DNA of 59,106 nucleotides, the filler included. It is 4 parts of 4 records of this genome, joined end to end, with 100 filler letters (N's around TTAATTAATTAA, not from the genome) between each part and the next. Parts side by side here need not be neighbours in the genome. Positions count along the whole stretch, not along the records: positions 30,171 to 50,972 come from DRR378314_2217; positions 51,073 to 59,106 come from DRR378314_2218; 2 more parts are not named here. One strand, 5' to 3'. Of this stretch, positions 39,703 through 51,149 are shown one piece after another. The position numbers and the translations under genes were made by a program. A model generated the notes under the pieces. The model did not search any database. It worked only from the letters and a program-made list of their open reading frames with translations, and was not told the origin of the DNA. Numbering within the stretch: position 1 is the stretch's first letter; each line of letters begins with the position of its first letter.

Positions 39703-42700
39703 ATGTCGAATCTTACTCGTGCAGGAGTTCGTGCTGTTGCACAGCGAGCCGGTGTGCGCAGCACAGCGTCGCTTGTTGAAGTTGCGCGCGCACAGCTGGA
39801 CGACATGAAGTCCGCCGGAACGTACAAAGCGGAGCGCGTCATCGTCTCCGAGCAGTCGGCGAGCATCCGTGTCCAGGGTGCCCAGAATGAGGTGCGTACC
39901 ACAGATTGAATAGTATGTTGTGTATGATAAGAGGAAAACGGACCACCCACTCGCGCCGCTGTTCCGGCGTATCGTGTGCAGCAGCGGCGGCGGTGCGCGT
40001 GAGCGGGGCCCGGCTCGCGCTTGGTCGCCCTTGCCACGCTGCTCCTCAAGCACGGCGTGCGCCCTGCCGCGCCGCACAGCGGCGGCCCGCAGCCGCGTCG
40101 CTGGGCGCGCACATCGCTCTCGCAGGACCACCACATATTCAGATGGATATGCAGGCACCGTGGATTCGCTCAGCTTCGCTTTGTGTCGGAATGCTTCTGT
40201 TTGAACTCGGTGTTGCCACTCGCCGCTGCGCGAACGGCGGCCCGACGAGGAGCTACGAGCGACTCACCTGTATTGCGTGCTATGGGAACGTACGTGGCCA
40301 GGTGCTGAACTTTTGCGCGAACAATTATCTTGGACTGGCGGATAATCGTGAACTCATCGATGTTGCTCACAAGTGCGTACTGCCGTGAAATGCACCCCAC
40401 GCACTCGCGCACTGCTCTCGCGCACGTGCTGCGGTGCGGTCGTGCGGCATCGACGCGCGCAGCGCACGCACACACGCGCCGCCTCGCACAGCTTCACCGC
40501 GTGTATGTATCGCTGTGCGTGTTGCATGTCGCATTTTTCCACACTGCCGCAGCGCACCAAACGATGTTGTGTAATATTCTTCAGCGCTCGCTTTCATACT
40601 ACGTATCCGCTACATGCTCTCATGACTGCTTTCCTGCACGCGCCATTGGATTCGCTACGTCCACTCAAGACTGCGGTCTCAGCAGTTGTGGGAGATCGCG
40701 TCCTATCCTGCTGTCATCGCATTGTGGGTTGTGCCACACGTGCTCACGTGTTAGATCGTAGGTGAATTCCCTCACGTGGTCACGTCAGTGCGCATGCATG
40801 GTGCTGCTATTTCTCTTTGGGTATATCTGTGTGTGTTTGTGTATGTGCACACGCGCGTTTTGTGCGTTTTCTGTTCCTATGTTGGCGCGCGGTTCGCCGT
40901 GCGTGAGGCAAAGTGTACCTGCGAGTGCAGTGGAATCGTTGTGATGAATTGCGCCCCGTGCATTCGTACGTGAAACAAGGTACATGAACGCTTAGCTGCG
41001 AGCTGGAATATTCTGAAACACATACAAGTATGTGAGCAAGCATGGCTGAGTGTCGGTACGCGCATCGTGATATGGCGTGGTGCGTGTGCGTGCGGAGCAA
41101 CTTGCAGGTATTTGGACTCGCACGGACTGGGACTCGCGTCTGTGCGGTTCATCTGCGGCACGCAAGATGTACACAAGGAGCTCGAGAAACGCATTGCAGA
41201 GTTCCATCGGAAGGGTACGTAGTGCGATTCAGAGGGCTATGCGCGAGGCACTGTGTCTGCTGTACCGCTCCCTCGCTTCACTTTCTCGCTGCTCTCCGTC
41301 TCGGTGGGCGTTTGCATCGTGCGGGCTCGAGCGTGCTGGACCGCTCTCCCGCTCCTTGATCGTCCCTTGCCCTGTTTATGTACGCCGCGATACACCACGG
41401 TCGCACAGCGTAGTACCGTGTTTTGTAGACGATGTAGAAGCCTCGCTGGTTCTCATGTGTGTATTGGCGCATCCCTCGTCGCTTCGTCCTGGTGTCTGCC
41501 CCATCGCTCTCTCTTGCGTTCCCGATGGAGCGGTCTGGCGCACGCGTTCGTCGAGCTCCCGCGTGTACCGATACCGCGGAGCAAGCTCGATCACGCGCAG
41601 CTATCACAGGATACCACCACGAACGCTGCAGTGTCGTATACAGCTTCAGGGGAGGGAGTTACTGTACACGCGTGCGCAGCTGCCTCGACGATTGTGAGTG
41701 CACAGCGCGGAGCAATCCTCGCTCGCGTGCTCAGCACTCCGTTCGATGCGCACATCGTTCGTCATGGGAGTGCAGATGATGCGATTCTCTTCCCGTCCTG
41801 CTTCGATGCGAATGCGGGCCTGTTCGAGTCTCTTTTGACCAATGAAGACGCGGTCATCTCCGATGAGCTCAACCACGCCTCCATCATCGACGGTATTCGT
41901 CTCTGCAAGGCGAAGCGTTTCAGGTGCGCAGTGGAATGGTGTCGCGGTATTTTCGTTGAGTACGTGTAGATGCGGCCGGCCGCGCTGCTATCCACTTCCC
42001 CACTCTGCGCGCTCGTAACGTGGTGCGCGGTTTTGCGACGTTGTTCGTGCCACTGCGGCGCTCAGGTACAAGCACATGGACATGACAGCGCTCGAAGAAG
42101 CACTGCAGAAAGCGTCCGAGGAAGGGGCGCGCCTGAAACTCATTGCGACGGACGGTGTGTTCTCCATGGACGGGGATGTCGCGCCGTTGAAGGATATCTG
42201 TGACCTGGCGGACAAGTACGTTGCTCCTCACGCCCTCGCACGTGTCCCCCTCGTTTGCGCACTGCGGTGCACATGGTGCCGCCCCGCGAGATCCGCCTCT
42301 GCCGTCGATGTCGAAAGCATTGCGTGCACGCAAGATACTCACAACAACACTGGGATCTCTGGGTAGACGTACTCTCACCTTTGGCGTGCGGAAGTCTTGC
42401 GTGCTCTGGCGTTGCGTCTCGTCGTTGCCGCATGACGGAAGCGCGCGCCGAGAGGGAGCTCACCGCGGCGGCACCAGCGACTCCGCCTCACCGCTGCCTT
42501 GCCGCGCACTGCATGCTCGCGCACATCTATGTATACGCCCTGGTGAATGATAACGTCGCTGCTGCGGCATTGGTGCTGCGCGCAGGTATGGCGCGTACGT
42601 ATTTGTGGACGAGTGCCACGCCACTGGATTCTTCGGCCCCACGGGGCGAGGGACGCCGGAGTACTGGGGCGTCGAAGACCGCGTCGACATTGTCAACTCC

Positions 42701-45138
42701 ACCCTGGGGAAGGCGCTCGGCGGTGCCACCGGAGGGTAAGGTGACTGTATGAACGTACCCAGTGACATCCACACTGCGCACAAGTACCGCGTACGCACGC
42801 ACGTGCGCCTGTGCGTACGTGCGTGCGTACTGCGCGTGAGGCGACTGTCGTTGTTGGGTACTGTGCGGCGGAGAGGCGCGCGAGACACTGCAGCACCGCG
42901 CCCGCTTGCTCGCCCGGACCGCTGGCTCGCTGCGCGATACGGCGGGCCCTTCCCCATGTGAGCACGAGCAACGCAACGTTGGCGTGCTTGCGCTCGGGTA
43001 GGGAGGAAGTCACCGTGGGGGCGCGCCGTACGCACTCTTTGCATTCCGCACTGTACGAGCAGTTCGTTGATCGCTATTGCGTTTGTGCGTACACTCACGA
43101 TTCTCACTCTTGCCGCATCATCCCCCGCTTGATACGAACCGTGATACTTTTTGTTTCCAGGTACACCACGGCTAGTGCTGAAGTGATTGATCTGCTGCGG
43201 AATAAGGCTCGTCCGTACCTGTTCTCCAACACGCTTGCTCCGGCGCTTGTAGGTACGATCCCCAGCACTGTTGTGCACGACATCACCACTTCCTATCCCG
43301 CACAATCCCACAGCACACTCAGACCGCGTACAGACTCCCAAGTGTATTGCGGTAGATGCTTATGCGTCGTTCGAGAGTCCACTTGTAGTCGACCAGGAGT
43401 AGCTGTTGGGCACGCTGACGTATCTTTCCCCTTGCGATCACGCTCGCGCGTACGTGATGACCTGCCGAAAGCGGCCGCTCAGGCACTTCGCCCTCGCGCA
43501 CTCAACGACCCCGATACGCTCGCGCATGTGCTCCTTGCGGTGGAATACGCACACATACACGCACGCACTCCCTCGTGCACATACACGCACGCACTCTCTC
43601 GTGCACATACACGCACGCACTCTCACTTACGCTGTGTGCGTGCGTGTGTTGATGTGACGGTGGTCTGTGTGCTCTGAAGGCGCGAGCATCCGCGTGTTTG
43701 AGATGATCTCCGCCAGCACGGAACTCCGCGATCGCGTGGAGGAGAACGCAGCGCGGTTCCGGTCGAAAATGGAGGCGGCCGGGTTCCAGCTCGCCGGCAA
43801 GGTCCGATCTGCACTGCAGCGTAGAGAGATGCGTCTGACTTGCGAGAGTTTGGCTTTCGAACTTAAAGAGCGCTGTTGTGTAGAAGGCATACACGAGCCA
43901 CTTGCTGTTGCTCCACTGTCCTCCGTACGCCGGAAGCGTACGCGCGTGTTGTGCTGCGTGGTTGCTGTTCAATGGTTTCCGTGGTGTCGATGGTGGAATG
44001 GTGGTGCCGCATATCCAAAGTACTACTCTGCATCGCGTACCGGAATCGCTTCGTTGTTTGCTGTTTGTCAATCGGTAACGTACCGCCTCGTGTTGTTTCT
44101 GGGAAGCGTGTTCTCCCCAGTGCTCGTACAGAGCTCGTACTCGTGCTCCTCCGCTCTACCTTACCGTCTGTAACGGTTGTGATTCTCGTGGTTGTGTGTG
44201 CAGGATCATCCGATTATCCCCGTGATGCTGGGAGATGCGCGCCTCGCTGTACGTGCCGTCCTGTTTCATCACTCCCTTGTACACGCGCGTACATCAATGA
44301 TACGTAGCGTGGAATCTGCTCGTATTGCATGAATGCGAGTGCGCGCTGGGGTCTGCGTGCGCGCTCTGCTGCTTTGCTGCGCTGCGGTTGTGGTCTGCGT
44401 CCGCGTGTGAGTGCGGTGGAGTCCTCATCGCTCCGTTCGGCACGTGGGTGCTTGTATAGCTCGACGTGAAGACCCGCGTGTACGCACAGGGAGAGTACGC
44501 GATGTGAACATGTGCTGCAGGATCTGGGGTGGGTATGTGCGGGAGCATGCTTCGCGTTGTTGTGCTAAACGGTGAGCGCGCCGCATACCGAGAGAATGCG
44601 GTTTGCACTGCAAACGTGTACGCCTGACACTGCACCGCTGTGTGTACTTCACCGCATCCTATTGTATCACGGCACTCCGCATCACGCAGACGCAATTCGC
44701 AGATGAAATGCTCGCGCGCAACATCTACGTGATTGGGTTCAGCTACCCGGTGGTTCCCCAAGGAAAGGTGCGTACCTGCGTTGCGAGCGTTGCGGTCGGT
44801 CAGGTGTACCTGCTGGTTACTCTGGGCCCAGTGCGCTCTGTGGAATGCTCCGACGAGCTTCCCGCCGCTTTCTTTTGCGTGATTTCCTTGCGATGGGTCG
44901 GGCTTTGCTCTCTGACTACGCGCGCGCATGTTCTCGTATTCAAGTATTCGAGGCGCGCTGCGCGGTGGTCTCGCGGCTAACGCGCTCTCGCGTCGCGTGC
45001 TGTCGCCGATTGCGACACACTTCTCCCTTGCAGGCCCGCATTCGTGTACAGCTGTCAGCAGCGCATACCGCGGAGCAGATTGATCGCTGCGTAGATGCGT
45101 TTGTCGATGTGGGCAAGAAGCTCGGCGTGATTGCGTAA
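39703..45138 (+). CDS. GCAT: Mitochondrial glycine C-acetyltransferase (2-amino-3-ketobutyrate CoA ligase), 11 exons, 418 aa
   Basis: Exons 39703-39891, 40302-40372, 41108-41214, 41776-41923, 42066-42215, 42586-42735, 43161-43252, 43680-43801, 44204-44248, 44690-44767, 45034-45138 sum to 1257 nt, open and all [53 protein letters not shown]. Confidence 0.95.
40938..41019 (+). ncRNA. Candidate intronic box C/D snoRNA in GCAT intron 2
   Basis: Box C GTGATGA at 40941-40947, box D CTGA at 41013-41016; GAGCTGGAAT (41000-41009) is complementary to conserved SSU rRNA AUUCCAGCUC. Confidence 0.35.
43552..43624. repeat. 26-bp minisatellite, about 2.8 copies, in GCAT intron 7
   Basis: Unit CACATACACGCACGCACTCYCTCGTG. 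Confidence 0.85.
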
Positions 45139-45552
45139 ATCGCACGCCGTGCGGCCCTGGCGCAGCCCTCGCGGCGCCCGCCCTCCCGGTACAGGTTGTA
45201 GGGTGGGGTCAGACAAGTTTCACTACTGGAAACAAAGGACAGGATTTACAGTCTATCAAGGTGGTTTTCAGTACATGATACTGTAGTCCCTCATCCTCGC
45301 CCCCTTGGTCCCCGCGCGCGCGGTGCCGTTTCCGGGTCGCGTCCCCGCTGGCGCACGCGGACCGTTTCGCCTCCACGCCGCTCCTGCCTACCTGCTGCAA
45401 ACGAACCGCGCTTGTGTGCGTACACGCGACTACTGGATCCGCAGTGTGTGCAAGAGAATCATCGCTTGTGCTCCGTCGTACCTGTGTACCGGTTGAGCGC
45501 TCTTGCTTCGGAACGCGTGGCTGTACGGCGCGTGCGGGCCCTCTGCGTCGCT

Positions 45553-48500
45553 ATGCGCTGGTTCCTGTGGTGCGCGGCGGCGGTGGCGCTCGTGGTCACC
45601 CTCGGTATCGGTACGCGCGGAGCCGCGGGACGGCCGAGCGGGGCGCTCCCGCACCGCCAGTGCCGTGTCGCGTGGTGCAGGCGTGGGACAGAAGCGTATC
45701 CATCACACTCGCTAGTATGCTCAAAGGGGGAGGGTCGTTGGGAAGCGCTGGCGGCTCGCGGTGCTGCGTGTGCGGTGCGGTTGTCCGGCGGCGGCCGAGT
45801 GCGCGCCTGCCGCTCCGCGATGCGCCGCGTCCCGCTCCGGTGCCACAGGGGCGCGGAGGAACCGTTCTCTAGGTGACCGCCGCGCGTGGGATTGCCGTAG
45901 GTATAACGTATCAGCGGTATTCTTGGGAAGTACGATCGTTCCGATGCCGGACAGAGGGTTTGGCTTCTCCCGGTGCTCCTGTACGGCGACGGCGGTCGCG
46001 CGTGCTGGTTCCTGCGCGCGCCGCTCGCTGGCGCAGTCCGCGCGACCGCCTCCACCACCAGCGCACGAACCGCCACCGCCCTGTACCATGAACGCATGCT
46101 CTACGATGACACGCGCTGCACCGCTGCTCGCTTGCCACCTTCCCTACGCACATGCACCGCTAAGTGCACGCTGCCGTGTGTGTGGTGTGTGTGCGTCTTT
46201 CTCGTCCTCACCGCGCTCGCTCCTCCGCGCTGTTCGTTTGGGGGACCGTTCGTCTCGCCGTTACAGCGGAAGAGTTCACGGTGTCACAACAGGACGCTTC
46301 CTTCCGCATTCGTCGTCGAGGTACGATCTGCTGCCTACCTGTATACTCCCTGACGCGTATGCTTGCTCATGTGGGTGTATGTTGCTGCGTTGCGGTCGTT
46401 TCGAGCGCGTTTAATGCGTTGTCCTCGCGCGTTCCCGTGCGCTAGCGCCTTTGCGCTGTGGGACTCGGCGCTACCGCTGCTCCCACCGCCGTCGCGGGCC
46501 CACTCTCCGCACCGCGCCCGCCTCAAAGGGAACGACGACTTGGAATACATTAGAAGAGGTCACGTCGATGCATGGTACTAATGTGGGCTATAGGAAGTGG
46601 CGAAGGGTGTGGCGGGGAGCAAGAGGGTAACTTGCGAGCGCCGCAACGACCCGTTGCCTGCGCAGCGCGCGTTGGAAGCGGGCGGCTCGCCGTTGACGCC
46701 TCCGCTGCACCAGAGCGACCATCAAATGTATTTAATACGTGTCGCAATCAATTGCTAGACAAAATACGTGCTCCTTCATTGCCTTTGTAGTATCTTCCCT
46801 CGGGTTTCTTTCGCGTGGTGGGACGAAGTGCGTCGTGTGTGGCTGTGCGGCTTGGGAATGGGGGGTTCGTTCCTTCCCCCCTTGCCTCGCTGCTAACGGT
46901 CGCGTACGGAACCCTCGCTCTTGCTCTCCTCTTGTAGATTGCTCCTCGGATGCCAACTGTGAACACGGAACGTGCAATGCGGCTGGTCAATGGTGCGTTG
47001 CGTGCTCGGTACCCCGTGGCGCTTGTTTCGCTCGTGTTGTGCGAGGTGGAGCGGTGCATCTCGGTCCGTAGTTGGCGGTCCGTTGCGCTCGCGCTGCGGT
47101 GCGCTGGATCGACGCGGAGCGCGTGAATTCCGCACCCGCACTGCGCTCCGAGGTCCCTCACTCGCGCATCTCTGGAGCAGACGCACCATCCAGCGTGCAC
47201 TACAGTAATCATGAGCGATGTACGCGTCAAGTTCTCCGTTGCTGTGGTACCGGCGCCGGTACTCGTTCGGCTTCCTCGCTCTGGCGCTGCTTTTCGGCGC
47301 AGTGCGGCGTGCTGGTTCGCGTCGTAGTCTCGTACACCGGCAGCAGCACATCTCCTCCGTCTCCACCGGTTCGTGTGTGTACCGTGGTTTATCCGGTCGC
47401 CGCCCCTTTGTGACGTGTCTCGGTGCGCGTGATCGCACCATCGTCGCATTGTGTACGGGCACCGTCTGCATTTGCTCGCGCCGCGTCCGCGTGCGTCGCG
47501 CATTCGATGGTGAAATGGCGCTGCTGTGCGTTCGACACGGATGGATTGTGCAGTGCGGCGCTGAGTCGGGTGCGCGAGAGTACGCTCGCACAGTGCCGCT
47601 GTTGGTCTCGCACCCACCTTAACCGCACGTGCACACTGTTTTCTCCTGTATGGATTACAGCTCGTGCAGTGCTGGATACGCTGGGCGACGGTGTGATGTG
47701 GAGTGCAACGGAGGCGCATCGAATCCTTGCTCGGGACACGGAACGTGTCTGCCGCAGTTGCGCGGTCGCTGTCGCTGCCAGACTGGGTTCACGGGGGCGG
47801 ATTGCTCGTTTGAACTCCCAAGTACGTATGCCCGGCGAGGAGAATCAAATGCGTGCGGAGTAGCATCGTGCGCTCCTTCGTCTCCGGGAATGCTCGCGGT
47901 TTCACTGGGACGGGCCCGACCGTTGTGCGCACGCGAGGGAGCCCCGGCGTTCCGTGCGGATGTACACGCGTATACGCGCCCAGCAACACGGGATAGGAGA
48001 GTGGAAGGAGGAATGCATAACCTCTCACGTCTCGCCATGGGATTCCGTAACGTGCACGCGATTCCTCGGCGTTTGCACGAAGGAAACCTGCAACCGTCCC
48101 TTTGGTGGTAGTGCTGCTTTATGCTAATTTCGTTTGTGTGTGTGTGTGTGCGTTGTGCGCACTATTCCGGTCTCTTGTTGCTCCTTCTGTAGAGCCCACG
48201 AGTCCCAACGTGACCGAAAGCAACACTTCATCCACTTCAACTACCGCAACGGTCTCATGGGGAGCGCCAGAAAACGAAAACTCGGTACGCTCGTAGTTCT
48301 CGTGCTGCAGAGTGCGAATACGCGTGGAGTAGGGGAGGGTTCACGTGCCTGTGCTGTTATCTGCGGAACCGAATGTACCGTATCGTCCGTTATGTTTCCA
48401 AAGGTAGCCCTGGTTTCCGTTTCCGCCTGCATCTGGTCTGTGATGAAAGAAGGGGAGGCGTTTCGGTGTCCCTGCGGTTACACGTGTGCGACCTGCAACT

Positions 48501-50972
48501 AACCGGTAGCTCGGTATACCGTGTCGGGAAGTGCGTGTGCGCGCTCTCGTGTCTGTAACGGATGGAGAGCGTGGGTAACGGACGACACCGCAGTGCATCT
48601 TCCTCGTGTGCTGTCAGTGATGGCCTTGTGATACGTCTACGTACCTGCGGGAGTGTGCGTGACGGTGGTTGTAGTAGCTGTCGAAGTCGCCCTGGCAGTG
48701 ACCGTTACAGTTCATCACCTGCACAGCGCACACAGCGCGATCACAATCTTCCTCATCCACCTCTGTATCGCTCATCGTGCCACTGCGCGTGTGTTCCTTA
48801 CCGCTTCCACCGCGATAGGACGGAACGCATCTATATCAAGGAACCGAGGTACGATTCTACCCGCTCTGTATCGCACTCGTGTGTGCAAGGTGTTGTGGTC
48901 GGTACCGGCTACGAGCACGTGAACCTCTGTGTGGGGTGCGCAACGGCGGGGGAGGAGCGATACGACGGAGACTCTGTCCGTTACACCTTCCCGTTGTCTC
49001 CACAGCACGCGCGTAACCGCGTGAGATGGCGCACTTTGTCCTCGTGTGATCCTACGCATGATCGCGATTGTCATTAGGAAACTTCGCTCCTCCTTTCTAT
49101 CTGCGCTTTATTTCTCTCCCTGTTGACCTCGATTGCGTATCACGCGCGCTTGTCTGCGATGATCTATCGTCGTTCTTGTGCGCGTTTCCAGTACTCGGTG
49201 GAGTCGTGTGCGGTCAGCGCGGGATGTGATGGTGGTTCAGCGTCGCAGTCGATGGAAGAAGATCATATGCATCAGTCGTTGCGCGCGGACTACTTCAACA
49301 TTGATGAACACGCGCGACCTGCGTCGCATCCGTACCTTTCGCTGCGTGGCAGGTGTGTTTCCGGGGAACATCAACGGGGTCCGGCGCGTATGTGCGCGCG
49401 ACGCGATACACTTTGCCGGATCACTACCGCAATCCTCAGCACTCGGAATCTGGATCGTAGGTAGTAAAGAAGTGAATGCAGCTCGATCTCCCTGTTCCGT
49501 ATACAGCATGCAGCAGCTATGCATTATCAACGGTGTCACTTCCTGTGATCTCAGTGCGTGTTCTCACGCTTGTTTGATGCGATGGAGCAGAGGTCTCGCC
49601 CAGGACACTTCGAACTGGAAAGTCGCGTGCCAGACATCGGAAACGCGCTGTGTTGTCGAAAATCTCAATCCGGGAACACGATACGTGTTCCGCGTACGTG
49701 CAAAGTTCAAGAAATCGGGATTTGGGAACTACTCGGAGGAAATTATCGTGAATACCGAAGGTACGATTGCATCATCCGCGGTGTAACGGATACGTAACGG
49801 CCGCTGAAACCATGTGCTGCGGCACTGTCGTGCGCGCATCTTGTGTACATGCGGTTGCGTACATGCAGTGAAGTACATTTTTCTCTCCCCATCGCTTTCT
49901 TGGTTCCGTATACGCGTATTCTACTCTCACGTGTTGTCTCGCGTCTCCAACGTGCAACCACGAACACTTTGTAATGCCTTTTCGTTCCTCTTCCCTCGCT
50001 GTGGTGTACGTTGCTCCTGCGCGTCGCATATACGCGTTGTTGCGTACTCCGCCATCCCTTTGTTGCAGCTTCTGCGCCGGATTACGATACGCGCGTTCCT
50101 GTACTCAACGAATCCGTCACCGCTTCATCGATCAAAGTGCGGTTTATTGAACCAAAAGATATCGGCGGTGGACCCGTACACGCGAAAATCACGCAGTATA
50201 AGCTCGAGTACCGGACAGTTGGCACTACCCCGTTTTCGGAAGTTCTCCACAATGTTGTGGATGGACAAGAGACGTACGTGCACGCATCCTGTACCGTTAC
50301 AAGGCTGCTCCGTTACCGTTGCGCGTCAGAACAATTGTAGACGTTGAGAAATGAACCTGAATGTGTCTGCTTATACGGCAGAACCTCGTTGTTTTCGGTT
50401 CATCGGAGCGGTTAGGCGCAGCAGTTGCGGTTCGGTTGTGCATTCTTGGTTCGTGCGTAGCGGTGTCGTGAACACAGGTAGAGTATCGCAGCGAAACGAG
50501 TCGCGACAGCGAGTGCGCAGTCGTGGCCGTTGCGCGTCCTTGTTGCGGTCCGTTACTTCATGGTGCTCTTGCTCTTACTGTCTTTTCCGTCCTCTCTGTC
50601 TTCTCGTTTCGGTATAGGGCTGTAACTCTTACCGGTCTGGGCGCGTTTACCAACTACGAGTTCCGCGTGAGCGCACAGAATGTTGCTGGATACGGATCGC
50701 CCGGTCCGATCGTGGCGCAGAAGACGCGCGGTGTGTGTGGAAATGGGAACATTGAGAGCGGGTCACTTGGGAACGGGTTGTCGTACGCGGAAGCGTGTGA
50801 TGGCGGTCACTGCTGCAGCGGATCGTGTGCGCTGCTGGATAGTAGTCATTGCAGCGGTCACGGTTCGTGTACGGACGGAAACACGTGCTCGTGCACAAGT
50901 GGGTACCTGGGACAGCTCTGCCAGTACTCGGATGCGACAACGTGTAACGGTCACGGTACTGCACAGAGCGAC
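45553..50972 (+). CDS. Spliced gene for a secreted/surface EGF-FN3-EGF protein, 3'-truncated
   Basis: Phase-consistent exons 45553-45610, 45873-45929, 46267-46320, 46938-46992, 47661-47821, 48193-48284, (middle unresolved), 49604-49760, 50069-50273, 50618-end; CSGHGTC..C.C..GFTG.DC, LNPGTRYVFRVRA, FTNYEFRVSAQN.AGYG. Confidence 0.82.
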
Positions 50973-51072
50973 NNNNNNNNNNNNNNNNNNNNNNNNNNNN
51001 NNNNNNNNNNNNNNNNTTAATTAATTAANNNNNNNNNNNNNNNNNNNNNNNNNNNNNNNNNNNNNNNNNNNN
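50973..51072. other. Artificial contig spacer
   Basis: N44-TTAATTAATTAA-N44. Confidence 0.99.
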
Positions 51073-51098
51073 AGAGAGAGAGAGAGAGAGAGAGAGAG
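51073..51098. repeat. (AG)13 microsatellite at contig end
   Basis: Direct reading; lies in an intron of the MFS gene and probably caused the assembly break. Confidence 0.95.
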
Positions 51099-51149
51099 CA
51101 TGGGCAGGCGATGGAAGAGCACTGCCAGTTCGCCCCGTCGAATACGTAC

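Noticed and set aside
30070..39703. Bacteria-to-eukaryote HGT or endosymbiont insertion inferred from adjacency
   Set aside because: The adjacency is created by the artificial spacer
42791..42830. 14-bp perfect hairpin in GCAT intron 6 as a miRNA precursor or MITE
   Set aside because: Built from the ubiquitous GCAC/GTGC low-complexity motif; short, with no target-site duplication
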